Shown: positions 36,988 to 54,197, numbered from the stretch's first letter. The stretch: 64,000 nucleotides of DNA from Eledone cirrhosa (GCA_964016885.1 OZ024742.1:254262001-254326000); one strand, 5' to 3'. Made by a program: numbers and translations. The notes: generated by a model not told the origin, from the sequence alone.

Positions 36988-38274
36988 ATTATATTGATAT
37001 CATTCTTATATATATGGCATATATAAATTGTTATATGTCATTATGGCCACAGCATGGTCGAATGGTTAAGAAATTGCTTTACAATCATAAAATCTAAGGT
37101 TCAATCCCACTTCATGGCATCTCGGGCAAATGTCATTAATTAAAGTCTATGGTCAACCCATGTCCTGTGAGTAAATTTTGAGAGACTGAAACTGTTTGGA
37201 TGATTGTCAGATGGATGATACATGTAATCAAAAGGGCTAACCTAGTCATACATTGCGTCATGCTGAATCACTGAGAATTATGTCATGGGTATGTGTGTTT
37301 GAAGAATGTTCAGCCACTTTCAATATAATATTATACAAAATGGACTATAACTGTAATTCAAACATCGAACCTTGTCACTCTGTGTCATGCCGAATTTTCC
37401 TGAGAATTACATGAAAGATACATTTGTCAGTAGAATACTCAGCCACTTCCATGTAATTTCACAAGCTGACTAACCTGTTAATCGAACAATGAGTTCATAC
37501 ATCATTAAAACCAAAAGAGGCTCTTTCTATTCCTTACCAATAAACAATAAAAATTCCTAATAATAAGTGTCAGTGCTGGTTCCATGAAAAAATATGTCCA
37601 ATACATTCTGTAAAGTGGTAGTGCAGGTTCCATGAAAAAATAAGCCCAGTACAATCTGTAATGTGTCAGTGTAGTTCTATGAAAAACTACACCCAGTACA
37701 CTCTTTAAAGTGGTAGTGTTGGTCACATAAAAATTACGCCCAGTGCACTACGTAAAGTGACAATAGGAGTAAAATGAAGAGGAAGAGGTGGAAGATCTGA
37801 TACTACATTGTTACAGGGAAAAAGCTGTGCTTACTTTAAATGCATGAAACATATAAATAATCTATTCCATTTAAGATATGATATTGAAAGAATTAAATGC
37901 ATGCTAGATGTAAAGATATATAAAAAAATCAGTGGACAAAATAAAGATATTTTATGTCTACACCTGAATAAAACACAACGCGTATGTACATTGACAAAGT
38001 ACTTATTTGTAAGAAGTAATATATCAAAGGTTATTATGAAAGGAATCATACACAAACTTTAGATCAATTGACATTTCTTCTAGAAATGACCAGAAGCCAG
38101 TAAATAATCTTTACAACAGATACAACAATATCATTTTCTTATAGGTATTGGTTTCATTTTAGTGTGTGTGTGTGTGTGTGAGGGAGTACATTCTATATTT
38201 CGTTTATTTCTAATTAAAGGTTTATTCTGTTCAAAGGAAAATCTATTTTTTTAGTAACATAAATTTATAGATTT

Positions 38275-41630
<3,356 letters not shown>

Positions 41631-41979
41631 TGTGTTTGTATTTTGTAACTTAAATACATACCTCATAAATTATGTTGCTTTAAAAAAAACAAAAAACACG
41701 CCTATCAATATAACTAATCTCATTCCTCTGAATTGCTGGCCATCAATCTTGCCTATGTAGAAAGTATAACAGAAGAAATGATATGAAACAATAACAAGAT
41801 ATGTTCCTTTATTACTCTGTATATCTATATATAAAATAACTGTGTCTGTATGTATATATATCTATTTCATCAATATAGATTGGTTGAATGGAAGCTCATG
41901 TTGCATACATAAGGTCCTGGGTTTGATTCCACTGCATGGTATCTTGTAAGTATATCTATGACAACATGGTACTACTTAA

Positions 41980-42740
41980 CTTGTCAGAAGGTGATCTCTG
42001 ACTTGCACTTGATAGGTTTGCTGCTGAGTGCTGCATGGCAGAAATGAAAATCAGTGCTGAGAAAACTGAGACACTCATTCTCTCAAGGATGCATACGAAG
42101 TGCATTCTATATGTGAGTGCAGTTCCAATGAATCAGGTGGAGAAATTAATGCATCGTAGGCCATGTTCAAAAGTGATGGAAGGCAAGAATCTGAATTAAG
42201 AAGTAGAATTACAGGAGCAGGTGCAGTAATGTATCAGTTTCAGCATTTGGTAATCAGAAGAAGGAAGATAGGTGTAAAAGCCAAACTATCCATCTTCAAT
42301 TCAGTATTCATGCAAACCCTTACTTATGGTCATCAATTTTGGTTAATGACCAAAACAATATGATCCCAAATACAAGTGGCCAAAATAAGGTTACTCTGGA
42401 GGGTCTTTGGAGTAACGTTACTCAATAGCGTGCGGAGCTTGAAGATCAGAGTTACTCCAGGAAGAGCTACTACTTCTCCGAATTGAGATATCGCAGCTCC
42501 AATATTACAAGCATCTGGAAAGAATTGCTGAGCAGATTTTACAGGCATAACAAGTCAGCAGGAGACTCAAGGGCAGATCCCCAGCAAGATGGTTGGATAG
42601 TATCCATGAGTTCAGCTGGTCTAACTTGGAGATCCAGCTGGATCAATTGGAGAAGGTTGTTTCTGACAGGACCTAGTGGAAGGTGTGTTTGAGGACTTTA
42701 CCCACACAACCCTTCCAGGAATAAGTGGTCATAGAAGAAT
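41980..42740 (+). mobile_element. RTE 3' fragment of a second (Rex3/Expander-like) family
   Basis: DLQLALDRFAAEC..KISAEKTE, FKSDGRQESELRSRI..KAKLSIFNSVFMQTLTYGH. Relatives at 44770-45135 (-) and 51005-51310 (+). Confidence 0.8.
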
Positions 42741-42833
42741 ACACACACACATATATTTATATATACATATATATAAATACATAAATACATATATGCTTAT
42801 ATATATATATATGCACACACATATCTCTGTGTG

Positions 42834-42874
<41 letters not shown>

Positions 42875-42884
<10 letters not shown>

Positions 42885-42984
42885 CGTAAAATAAGAAAAT
42901 TATAAAAATTAACTTACTTACTAAAATTGAAATTTTAGTAAGTAAGTTAATTTTTATAATTTTCTTATTTTACGTCTCTCATAT
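42875..42984. repeat. Perfect palindrome, 54-bp arms, 2-nt loop
   Basis: atatgagagacgtaaaataagaaaattataaaaattaacttacttactaaaatt-ga-exact reverse complement. Confidence 0.97.
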
Positions 42985-43135
42985 TATTGTTCTGCATCCC
43001 CATGCATTGAACCACAAAGTTACTAAGATAAAACCTATATATTTGCTGGCATAGGTATGCATCTGTATATATATGTTAGTAGATATACTAATTCTTTATA
43101 TATATATATATATAGATAGATAGATAGATAGATAC

Positions 43136-43470
43136 CATCATCATCATCATGACCGTTTTATGCCTGTTCTTCCATGCTAGCATGGGTTAGACAGGTTGTA
43201 CTGTTATGGGCAGTAGCTGGTCGGCTGACTATGCCCTGCTCATATAGGAACTGATTCTGGCTTGCTTTCTACAGCTGGATGCCCTTCCTAACACCAACCT
43301 CATATACAGTGAGTGCTGGGTGCTTCTTTCTGTGGCACCTACACGTCCACTTTACAGAGTGGGCTGGGTGCCTTTTTGCCATGGCACCTCCACGACCACT
43401 TTGCAGTGTAGGTGTGGGGGCATATTGTCTATATACTTCAGCTTCGGCTTGTACTCATGGGGCTCCGGGC
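43136..43470 (-). mobile_element. RTE 3'UTR copy
   Basis: Reverse complement of ~20010-20335; another older copy at ~43895-44165. Confidence 0.85.
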
Positions 43471-43497
<27 letters not shown>

Positions 43498-43501
<4 letters not shown>

Positions 43502-43680
43502 TTTCTACTTTAAGCACAAGGCCAGCAATTACCCAGTGCATTACTGGTACTTTATTTTATCGACCCCGTAAGGATGAAAGGCAAAGTCAACCTCGGCGGG
43601 ATTTGAACTCAGATCGTAAAGGGACATAACTATGCTGGAAAGCATGGCGTCCGACTCTCTACCGATACTGCCAATCCACC
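43498..43680 (-). mobile_element. Young Meta-like SINE
   Basis: Reverse complement of the 13445 copy, inside (TA)n. Confidence 0.9.
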
Positions 43681-43694
43681 ATATATATATATAT

Positions 43695-43885
43695 AATGAA
43701 GTGTGATAAGGAACCAGATGGACCATAACGCACCAGAGTACTCAATACTTTGGGTAGTAGAATGGGTAATAGGAAAATGTTTGACCCCAACGGCAGAGCT
43801 CAAGCCGTTTCCATAGCTATTTCTGGAGCAGAAATAGCCGTCAAAACGGCTTGAACTCTGCCATCGGGGTCAAACATTTTCCTAT
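43695..43885. mobile_element. Hairpin-element family member (see 10040-10410)
   Basis: Head gaaccagatggaccataacgcaccagagtactc plus a ~117-bp fold-back at 43769-43885, flanked by (TA)n. Confidence 0.8.
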
Positions 43886-45319
43886 ATATATATCATTATC
43901 ATCATCATCATAATTTAACATCCATTTTCCATGCTAGCATGAGTAGGACAATCTGTACTTGTGTGAGAGATCTGGTCAAATGACCATGTTTTCACTCACA
44001 CAGGGCTGATTTTGGCTTGGTTTCTATGAATGGATGCCCTCCCTAATGCCAACCGCATTTACAGAGTGTGCTGGGTGCTTTATGTCATGACACCTACATG
44101 ACCACTTTACAGCGTGGAGTGGGTAACTTTTGTCATGTCACCATAACACCTACTTTACAGTGTATAAATATACATTTTCCTATTAATTTCAAGTGGTACT
44201 AAAGCATTTTCTAAAGAAATTGGAGCCAACCTGAAATCATAAGAATATCGCTGAATATCGCTGCATATAATTATTTTATTTTGAACCAATACCTAATAGA
44301 CAGAACACTTACATTAGGATACATTATTCATTTTCCCTAAAACATCATTATTAAGGATACATCTAGTGTAATTGCTTTGAATATGTGATTACTTTTCCCA
44401 TCATACTTTACATTTGTGTTTCATTATTGCAACCACTTTAATATCATTAAAAGCTTGAGTAATTACATTAACCTGTTTTGATACTAATTGTTTCATATGA
44501 TACTGGTTTTAGGTTAAAAATCTGTTTATTTGAAAATGCTTATATTTATCTAAGAACCTTCCATCATAATTTTATGCAAGTTATTTTTCAAACATCAACT
44601 TAATGAGAAAGTTAGTTATACTACTAAATTCAACAAAATTCTTATTATTTTCAAAAATATCCCAAAATAATAGATAGTATACTTCATTAGAAATCTAACA
44701 AGAGCATTAAGATGTTTAAGATTATTTTAAAACACAATAATTGTTCCACTTGTGAACTTGAAATACTTGAAATTCTCCACCTGCTTCAGTGGAACTCCAT
44801 TCACATGTAGAGTGCACTCTGCAGGCTTCCTTGAGAAGACAAGTATCTCAGTTTTAGCAGCACTGATTTTCATTCTAGCCATGCAGCACTAGGCATCAAA
44901 ACCTATCAAGTCAATAGTGTTCATGAAAATATTAAACAGGAGAGGTGACAATTCAGACCTTTGGTGGAGTCCGACTCCCACGTTGAATGGTTTTGATTTA
45001 GCACTATTTATCCAAACACAAATACTCAGGCATTCGTATAGAGACATCAGGGCAACAAGAAGCTGACCATCAATCCCATACTCTTGCAGAACCTTCCACA
45101 GCAGGTCCTGGGGAACATGGTTATATGCGTTTTTGCGGTCTATGAAATGAGAATATACCTTGTGGCAATACTCCAGCTATTTCTCAAAGACCTGCCACAG
45201 TGGAAGGTATAAGGCTGAAGGAGAAAGTTGATTAAATCAACCCCATTGCTTAACTGGAACCTTATTTTATCAATCTTGGAAGTATGAAAGGCAAAGTTGA
45301 CCTCAACATGATATGAACA

Positions 45320-45600
45320 AGATGTTGAATTATTGGGGTTGCCATTCCCAGAGATGAGAGGATCCACCCAAAAGAAATGAAGAAAATTGATAAATACTAG
45401 GACCTTAGAATTGAAGTCCAAGGCATATGGAACACAAGAAAGATTGAGGTCATACAAATAGTGAGAGATGCTCTTGAATGTGTGCCCAAGAACTTAGAAA
45501 AATGGATAGAAAAACATGGGATCCAGGCAAAGGTTCACACAGAATACGACACTCCTAGGAACAGAGAGAATTTTCAGAAGGATGATGGGAATATAAGCCC
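45320..45600 (+). mobile_element. Dong/R4 3' fragment (RLE domain end)
   Basis: IIGVAIPRDERIHPKEMKKIDKY*DLRIEV..IEVIQIV..KNLEKW. Confidence 0.7.
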
Positions 45601-45729
45601 CAGTAGGAATTACCCAAGAGTCTGTTGGTCCTTGGTTTAGTATTGCAGCAAAAGAACAGCAAATTTCAGCACCACAAGAAAAACAAAAATCTCAACATAT
45701 CAAATGAACTCGAGAAGTGTATAAAGAAA

Positions 45730-48700
45730 TAATATATGCATTCTATCATTTGTTAGACAAACCATCAGAATTAAATACATAGTGAATTCTTTTATGGTAT
45801 GGAGGAAAAGAAATCTATAAATGAGACCAAACCTGGATGAAAACAAACTTACAAATATAAGAAGAGATACTCTTAGAAACAGAGACTAAAAGAATTAAGA
45901 AGAATGCTGAAAACAATTACTGAATACCAATATCAGAAAGGGTTAGAAATGAATATGTGACTGAAGGGACAAGCTACAACCAGAACACATAAGAACTGGA
46001 AATCAGGTTGTTAAAGCAATAATTGAAAAGATGGAGCCTGATGTATCAGAATTGAATGAGGTTATTTATGCAGCAGTAACGTTAATAGAAAGGAAATGTA
46101 GGTAAAGGAAAAAAGGAAAAGGATACAACACTCAGAAAAATTCACCCTGGAAGATAAAAATTGAGAAAGAAATTGAAATGATGAAGGGAGAAATATCGAT
46201 CTTGAAGAAAATATATGTTGGAAAATCTGTCAAGTCAAGAAAGGGAAGGAAAATAAAACAGAAATATAAAGTAACTTCGAAACCAGACATTCCTAAAATC
46301 AAAGAAACCATAAAACAGAAAATACAACTGAAAGCTCAAAGAAAGAGATTTGAAAAGCAAAATAAATTTTACAGGCAAAATAAGTTGTTTATGTCAGATC
46401 CAAAAAGGTTTTACAAGGAAATTGGGACACAGACAATTCATGAAATTGAAGAATTTTGGAAACTATTATGGAGTATGGAAAAATCTCATACTGCAAATGC
46501 AGAGTGGATAGAGAACATAGAAGAAATATTCAATAATTTAGAAAGGCAGAATGGGCAAGACATAACTATGAAAGAACTGGAATTGGCACTAAAGAAAGCC
46601 AACAAATGGAAATCTCCTTGCATCATTGAAGTGCCAAACTGCTGGCTATCTACTCAAACTTCTACCCATGATATGTAGGTAAAATGTTATAACAAAATTA
46701 TGAACAATCCTGAGAAAACTCCTGATTGGTCTGCACACGGTATAACATATATCTTGCCAAAAAAAGACAGAAACAAATATCACCAAGAGTTATCATCATA
46801 TCCCTTGCTTTCCCACATCATACAAAATTCTCACCTCAATCTTGACTGAGACAATCTACAAATTTATGAATGAAAATCATCTTTTCCTTATTGAGCAGAG
46901 AGGTTGTTGTCATGGGTCATACAGGCATAAAGACCAACTTTTCATTAACCCTATGATTCTGGAAAACTATCATAAAATGTATAGAAATCTGAGTACTGCT
47001 TGGATTGACTAAAAGAAAGCATTTGATAGTGTTCCCACCACATGGATCTTGAAAACTTTGGGTGTTCTGAATATTTCCCCCAGTAATATCAAACTTCCTG
47101 AAATACATGGAATACAATATATGGAATACAAACCTATCATTGTCACACAGTGTTGAAACTATATAATTTCCAGCTGCACAAGTATTAACTGTGGTATTTT
47201 GCAAGGTGATGTCTTTTCTCCTCTCTATTTTGAATTGGACTCACACCACTCTCTTTAGTGCTCAACAAAACGAAATATGGCTACAAAATAGACAGCAAAA
47301 CCATAAATCACCTGTTTTATATGGATGACTTATACCAAAAATGACAACAAACTGGAATGAATATTTAAGAAAGTTAAGGTGTTCAGCGATGATGTAGGGA
47401 TGGAATTTGGATTGGAAAAATGCACCAAAGCAACATTCAAGAAAGTCAAAATGACAAGCACACACTGAATGGAAATAGATGTGAATACAGTAATTAGTGA
47501 ATTAGAACAGGAACAAACCTACAGATATCTAGGAATCAAAGAAGGCCAAGGTATTCACCATGTCAGCATGAAAGAAAGAATCAGGAAGGAATGCTACTGG
47601 AGAGTACATGCTGTCTTAAAAACTGAGCTTAACTTAAGGAATAAGCTATCTGCCATAAACGCGCTTGCAATCCTAGTTGTCACCTACAGTTACAATATCA
47701 TAAATTGGAACGATAATGAAATTAAAAGAATGGACACAAAAATCCACAATGGACACCAAAAGCACCAGAAGCAGATGTGGATGGCCTCTACTCCCTAGAC
47801 AAAATGGAAGTAGAGGAATGATCCAGCCTGAACAATCATACAAGATATTGACCTTTGAACTCGATCAGTACCTTAAAACCACAGATGTCTGGATGGTAAA
47901 AATGGTTGCAGATCACGAAAGGAAGGAGAGGTTACATTCAGTCACAAAGGAAAGTAGGAAGTTTGTGGAAGAATTGGAAACACATTCTGAAAATGATGGT
48001 GATTCTGCAATTAAAGCTGCAAAGAACATCAAAATGTTTGCAAAACATGAAGGTCAACAGAGACTATGCACTAAATGAGAGCAAGAACTACTGCATGGAC
48101 AATATGTTCTCTGTAGCAAAGAACATAATATAGATCAAACTCTCCCCAATCAATGGTAGTGGAGTTCTGGGTCAAAGGGAAAAGAGTAAGGGCTCCATTT
48201 TGGTTGCACAAGACCAGTGTTTTCAATGCACAACATTCAAGCCAATGTGATCAGAAATGGAACTGACCAAAAGTATTGATTCTGTGATGAGCATGTTGAC
48301 TCTTGTTCACCTGGTTTCAGGCTGCAAAGTATTAGCTCCCCGGAAATATAAAATGAGGCATAATAGAGTCAGGCAATTCATACACTGGGTAATATTCAGG
48401 TTCCATGGTCTGAAAACAGAGAAAATGGTACAATCATCACACAGATGCACTAACATGAGGCAAGAACATAGCACTCCTATGGGATTTCCCTGCGAACACT
48501 GACAGAACAATCAAGGCCAACAGACTTGAAATAATTGTGAAGGACCATAAAGAGAAAACATGTTTCTTAATTGACATGAGCATTCCCTCAGATCGTAAAA
48601 TGTCCTCAGAAGTGTTTTGTAAGCCCAATAAGTATAATGATCTATCAATTGAAATTGAGAAAATGAGGCATCTTAAGACCTGTATGCGTTTTGCGATAGT

Positions 48701-48840
48701 CAGTGCACTTGGAATGGTAAAAAAACTGAACAGAAAAATATTTGGACCAGATACCTGGAAAGCCATCTCTGCAGAAATACAGAAAATAGTGCTGACTGGC
48801 ACTGTCCATGACTCAAAAAGGGCAAGGCACCTATAAATAT
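45730..48840 (+). mobile_element. Degenerate Dong/R4 non-LTR element
   Basis: RQNKLF, WKSP, KDQL, KKAFDSVP, NHLFYMDDL, TYRYLGI, RHN, CFLIDMSIPSD..KYNDLSIEI. Many stops. Confidence 0.85.
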
Positions 48841-48849
48841 CTTGGCATA

Positions 48850-50190
48850 AATGAATGTAATGGAATTAAACATAATCAAGTGAAAGAAAAAATACAGATA
48901 GGGTATTATAGAAGAGTTATGGAAATGGTTTTAAGAATTTAGTTAAGTTTCTGAAAACTGAATTAAATTCTTAAAACCATTTCCAGGCTACAATCACCTT
49001 AGCTGTAGCAGTGGTAGGATACAGTTATAACATCATCAATTGGAACGTATCTGATCTTCAAAGAATGGACTCGAAACCTTGAAAACTCCTTACAGCCAAC
49101 AAAATGCATCCCCCCAAAGCAGACGTAGATCACCTACATCTGCCAAGACAAGAATGAGGAAGATGGCTATTCCCACTGGAACTGTCATACAAAATAACAA
49201 CAATAGGCTTACTAATGGAAAACGAGAGCCCAATGCCTGGATGCTGCTGTCAGTAAGAGAACACAAAAACCCAAAAGAAACTCCATTCAGAACTAAAAGA
49301 GACAGGAAAGAATTAAAAACTGAAGACATACACCTAAATATTGAAGCTGACCTAATTCCAACTAAAGCCTCAAAAATCAAAAATCCACAGAAGCAAGTCA
49401 AAGCTAGGTCTAAAACCATTTAGAGATAGATGGTAACAAAAACCTGCATGACCAATTCCCACTCCATACCCAAGATGGTGATGTAGATCAAGCATAAACC
49501 CATCAGTGGCTATGAAATTCAGAATTAAATGCTGAAACAGAAGGCTTCATTTTTGCTGTTCAGAACCAGAGCCTTTTTTCTAGGAATTAGAAGTCAAATA
49601 TTTTCAGAAGTGGAGCAGACCCAAATGCAGGATATGTGAGATACAGCTTGAAACAATTGACCATATTTGGATACCCTCACAAGCACCAACTTAATATAAA
49701 ATTAGATGTGATAGGGTGGGGCTATATATACTGGATAATATGCAAAAATTACAATGCAGAACATACAGAAAACTGGTATGAACACAAACTACAACTAGTA
49801 ACTGAGACGGAAGAAATAACAATCCTTTGGCACTTTACCATTCACACAGATTGCACTTTTAATGCAAATCACTCTAATATTATTATTATTAAAGATTTTA
49901 AACACAAAATCTGTTTACTCATTGATAAGACTGCACCAGCTAACAGAAATATGTCAGCAAAAGAGTATGAAAAACTTGCTAAAGAAAATGATTTAGAAAT
50001 TGAGATAAACAGAATGTAGCACCTTAAAACACAAACTATTCAAGTTGTGATAGAAGCTTTAGGTGTCATAAAGAAAGATATTCAAAAGTTTCTAGAAAAC
50101 ATACCTAGTAAACCTAACATCTATGAAATTCAAAAGATAGTTCTAACAAGTACTGCCCACATACATCATAAACTGTTGTTTTTGTAATAT
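48850..50190 (+). mobile_element. Dong/R4 3' half, degenerate
   Basis: MHPPKADVDHLHLP, LNAETEGFIFAVQNQ, WYEHK..ILWHFTIHTD..CLLIDKTAP..KEYEK. Confidence 0.8.
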
Positions 50191-50490
50191 ATGTTAATAC
50201 ACAATCTTTTCTGTTCGATTTTTGTAGAAAATTTACTTGATGTTTAATACCATTCAAATATCCTTAACGCAACATTAATTCATATCTGTTATACTCCTCA
50301 ATGCTTCTTTTTATCTCCTACTCTTACCTTTTATAATTATTTATTCAAATTTAAATTTTTTTTATTTATCTATCATCTTTTGTAATGTGACTTATCAAGT
50401 GAATGCGAGGATGGAACAATATAGAAAAAAAAAATTATCTAAAATTGTCAAAACCAAAGATGCCTGCCCTAAGTACCTAAATAATAATAA

Positions 50491-50770
50491 TGATTTCATT
50501 TATTGGCCACAAGGGCCTAACATAGAGGACATTACTAAGATGGGGACAGTGGGGATTTACATGCAATGGAGTAAAAGAAATTAACAAAACAAATAAACAA
50601 AAATAAAAAAGTATCAACAACAGAATTCCACAATGGGGGGGGGGGTACCACTCAGGGGTGATGTTAGGAAGCCCACAAATCCCAACCCACCCTCATCTCC
50701 AAGATCACCCAAGAAGGGTGCTCCACTCTCCCTCTATCTTTCCAGCTTCATTCACATGGGCCATTCTTGT
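50491..50770 (-). mobile_element. Tx1-like 3'UTR fragment
   Basis: Minus-strand end aggcccttgtggccAATAAAtgaaatc(ATT)n resembles the terminus of the Tx1 at 59404. Confidence 0.6.
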
Positions 50771-50788
50771 AAGTAATAATAATAATAA

Positions 50789-50976
50789 TTGTTTCTACTT
50801 TTGGCACAAGGCCACCAATTACCCAGTATATTACTGGTACTTTATTTTATTGACCCCGTAAGGAAGAAAGGCAAAGTTGACCTCGGCGGAATTTGAACTC
50901 AGAATGGAAAGGGCCGTAACTCTATGCGTCAAAGCATGGTGTCTGACTCTCTACCGATACTGCCAATCCACTGGCC
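50789..50976 (-). mobile_element. Meta-like SINE inside (TAA)n
   Basis: Full copy with agtaataataataataat on both sides. Further copies at 51328-51504 and ~51510-51715 (older), and a remnant at ~45170-45320. Confidence 0.88.
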
Positions 50977-51719
50977 TTAGTAATAATAATAATAATGATT
51001 AATTTTGTATTCGTGCCAAACCTTACATATGGTCATGAATCTTGGGTAATGACCAAAAGTATATGATCACGAATCCAAGTGACCGAAATGGGGTTCCTCT
51101 GGAGGGTTTTTGAAGTAATATTATTCATAGAGTGCTTGGAGATCAGTTAGTCACTCCAAGATGGTTGGATAACATCCATGAGCTTGGCTGGTCAAGCATG
51201 GGGATCTAGCCAGATCAGTTGGAGATGTTTGTTTCTGACAGGACCTGCTGGAAGGGTTATTTGAGGACTCTGCTCCAACAACCATCTCAGGAATAAGTGG
51301 GAGAGGAAGAAGTATAATAATAATAATTGTTTCTACTTTTGGCACAAGGCCAGCAATTACCCAGTACATTACTGGTAGTTTATTTTATCGACCCCGTAAG
51401 GATGAAAGGCAAAGTTAACCTCGGCGGGATTTGATCTCAGACTATAAAGGGCCATAACTCTATGCGTCAAAGCATGGCGTCCGACCCTCTACCGATACTG
51501 CCAAATAATGATTTCTACAATAGACACAAGGCTAGCAATTTGGAGAGAGGGGAAAGTTGATTAAATCGACCCCAGTGCATTACTGGTACTTTATTTTATC
51601 CACCCCTTAAAGATGAAAGGCGAAGGTACCCTTGGCAGGATTTGAACACAGAACATAAAGAGCCGTAACTCTATGCCACGATGCAGAGTGTCCGATACTC
51701 TACCAATACTGCCACTGAC

Positions 51720-53720
51720 ATGATTCTGTACTCTTGGATTCCGGATTGCATTAGCATATTTGGTATTTCATCAAATTTTGAGCGATTTTTAAGGAAAATA
51801 TGAAAGAGTGGAAGACTGAACTGACAGAATATGTAAGAAATTTAAGAACATTAGAAATAAAGAGAGGTATATTCCAAGAGGACAACCTGTCACCACTGAT
51901 GTTTGTACTGTGCATGATACCAATGACAATGGTCTTGATAAAAGCTAAGGCTGGGTATGAATTCAAAGGTCGCCAGCAAAAAGTCAACCACTTATTATTC
52001 ATGCACAACCTCAAGCTTTATGATAAGAATGAATCACATCTTGGTTTCTTCATTGATACGGAGTATTCATTTAATGTTGACATCAGAATGCAGTTTGGAT
52101 TAAAAAAAGTGCAGTGTATTAATCTTGAATAGAAGCAAAATTATAAGCATTGAGGAATTGGTGCTGCCATCAGGAAAGGTTATGAAGCAAATAGAAGAGG
52201 AAGGTTATAAGTACTTAGGGATATTGGAAGTTGATAAGATAATGCAGGAAGAAATGAAAGAAAAATGTAACACTTTAGTATTTAAACCGGCTATATCCGG
52301 CCAGAATTCTCTCACCTATTTCTGTTCTAACTGGCTGTAACCAGCTGCTCATACTTATGTTAAGCTATTGTTCTCAAAATAAATAACATCAAAGTCTCAT
52401 AGATTCAGTATTATGTGAGATGATTATGTAAGATAAAGCCTTTACCACAAAAATGTAATAGTAAATATAAAGTAATGTAAATGCTAAAGGGCAAAGGTGG
52501 AATGCATGTGCAGACTGAGACTTATTCTCAAGGCAAAACTGAATGGATGGAATAAGATGGACGCTATCAATACATGGGTGGTATCACTCCTTAGATATTG
52601 GGCAGTGGTGATCATGTGGAGAGTAGAGGAGCTAAACAGTTTAGACCAACAGACGAGGAAGATATTGACTATGTATGGGGTATTTCCTCCAAAGGGTGAC
52701 ACAGAGAGATTATATGTACCAAGAAAAAGAGGAGGTAGAGGACTGACAAGGTGTGAAGACAGCATTAGAACAGAAGAAAATAACATGGTGTGGTTCTTCA
52801 AATATTCCACAGAATGTTGGAAGTAAGAAGGTCAGGGATGTGCAAAATAGAAGTTTGTAAAGAAAAAACGCAGTACAAGAATTTGAAAATGGATGAAACT
52901 GAAAGTAGATGGACAGAAAAAAGAAAGTATTGACAATTCCATAAAGATGTTGAAAACAGACAGAGAAAAAAGGTGATTATGGATGGCTAAAAGTGATCTA
53001 AAACCAGAAAAAGAAGCCTTAATATGTGCTGCTCAAGAGCAAGCACTAAAAACTAACTACATCAATCATAAAGTAGATCAAACACCAGAAAGTGATAAGT
53101 GTAGAATTTGTGGCATGAATGGAGAAACTGTATGGCACATTACCAGCCAATGCATACCATTAGTTCAGAAAGAATATAAGAGATGTCACGACAACATAGA
53201 AAGGATAGTCCATTGGGCCTTTGTGACAAATACGCATTTCACAGAGCAGACAAGTGGTACAAACATAACCCTGAGGCCGTTATTGAAAATGTTGAGGCAA
53301 AACTCCTGTGGGACTTTGTGACCATGAGATTGAGCATAGGAGACCAGATATTATATTAATTGAGAAAGAAAGCAAACAGTGTTGGATCATAGATATAGCC
53401 TGTCCAGCTGATAATATATGCCATAAGGAAGGAAAAGATTGATAGATATGACAGGTTAGCTTGGGAGATTAAGTAGTTGTGATGGTAATACCAATAATAG
53501 TTGTAATCGTGGGAACAGTGAGTAAAGATCTTGAGAAGTACTTTAAACAAATAAGGATTGCAATACGGATAGAACAGTTACAAAAAACAGCATTGTTTGG
53601 AACAGTTCGAATACTCTGGAGGGTACTAAAAAAATAAGGGGTGTTACCTTAATTCAGTGGTAGGGAACAGCTAACACTGTAATACATCTCCAGAGATAGA
53701 AGCTGAGTGAAGAAACAATA
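51720..53720 (+). mobile_element. Dong/R4 3' half interrupted by a MITE
   Basis: IKRGIFQEDNLSPL, NHLLFMHNLKLY, YKYLGI, LYVPRKRGGRGL, CRICGMNGETVWHITSQC, RPDIIL..IIDIACP. Confidence 0.85.
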
Positions 53721-53794
53721 ATAATGATGCCTGCTCTAAGTATCTGGATGATACTCAGTAGTAATTGCATATAAAGCGAAATCAAAGGGAAATA

Positions 53795-54196
53795 TAATAA
53801 TAATGATAATGGTGGTTTTTGACAAGGAAAAAAGAACGTGCCTGATTGTAGATACAGCCTGCTTCTTTGACACAAGAGTGCAAGAAAAAGAGACGGAACA
53901 AATTAACCAACACCAGGATTTAAAGTGGGAATTAAAAAGGATTTGGGACTGTCATGAAATCAAGGTCATCCTAATTGCAATAGGAGTACTAGGTACTATC
54001 TCGAAGAATTTTCAAGGATGGTTAAAGAACACTAATACAGCTCCCTTTTTTGAAACACTTCAAAAGGCATACTTGCTGGGAACAGCAAGAACCCTCCGAT
54101 ACATCCTGAATATCTGAGGCTGCAGGTAGCGGCTTGATATTCATTTGAACAAATTTTCCAGTTAAATAGCATCAATGACTGAGACTCCTAGAAAAT
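53795..54196 (+). mobile_element. Short Dong/R4 3' fragment with (TAA)n tail
   Basis: Close match to 58960-59348; flanked by TAA repeats, tail at 54197-54246. Confidence 0.88.
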
Positions 54197-54197
54197 G

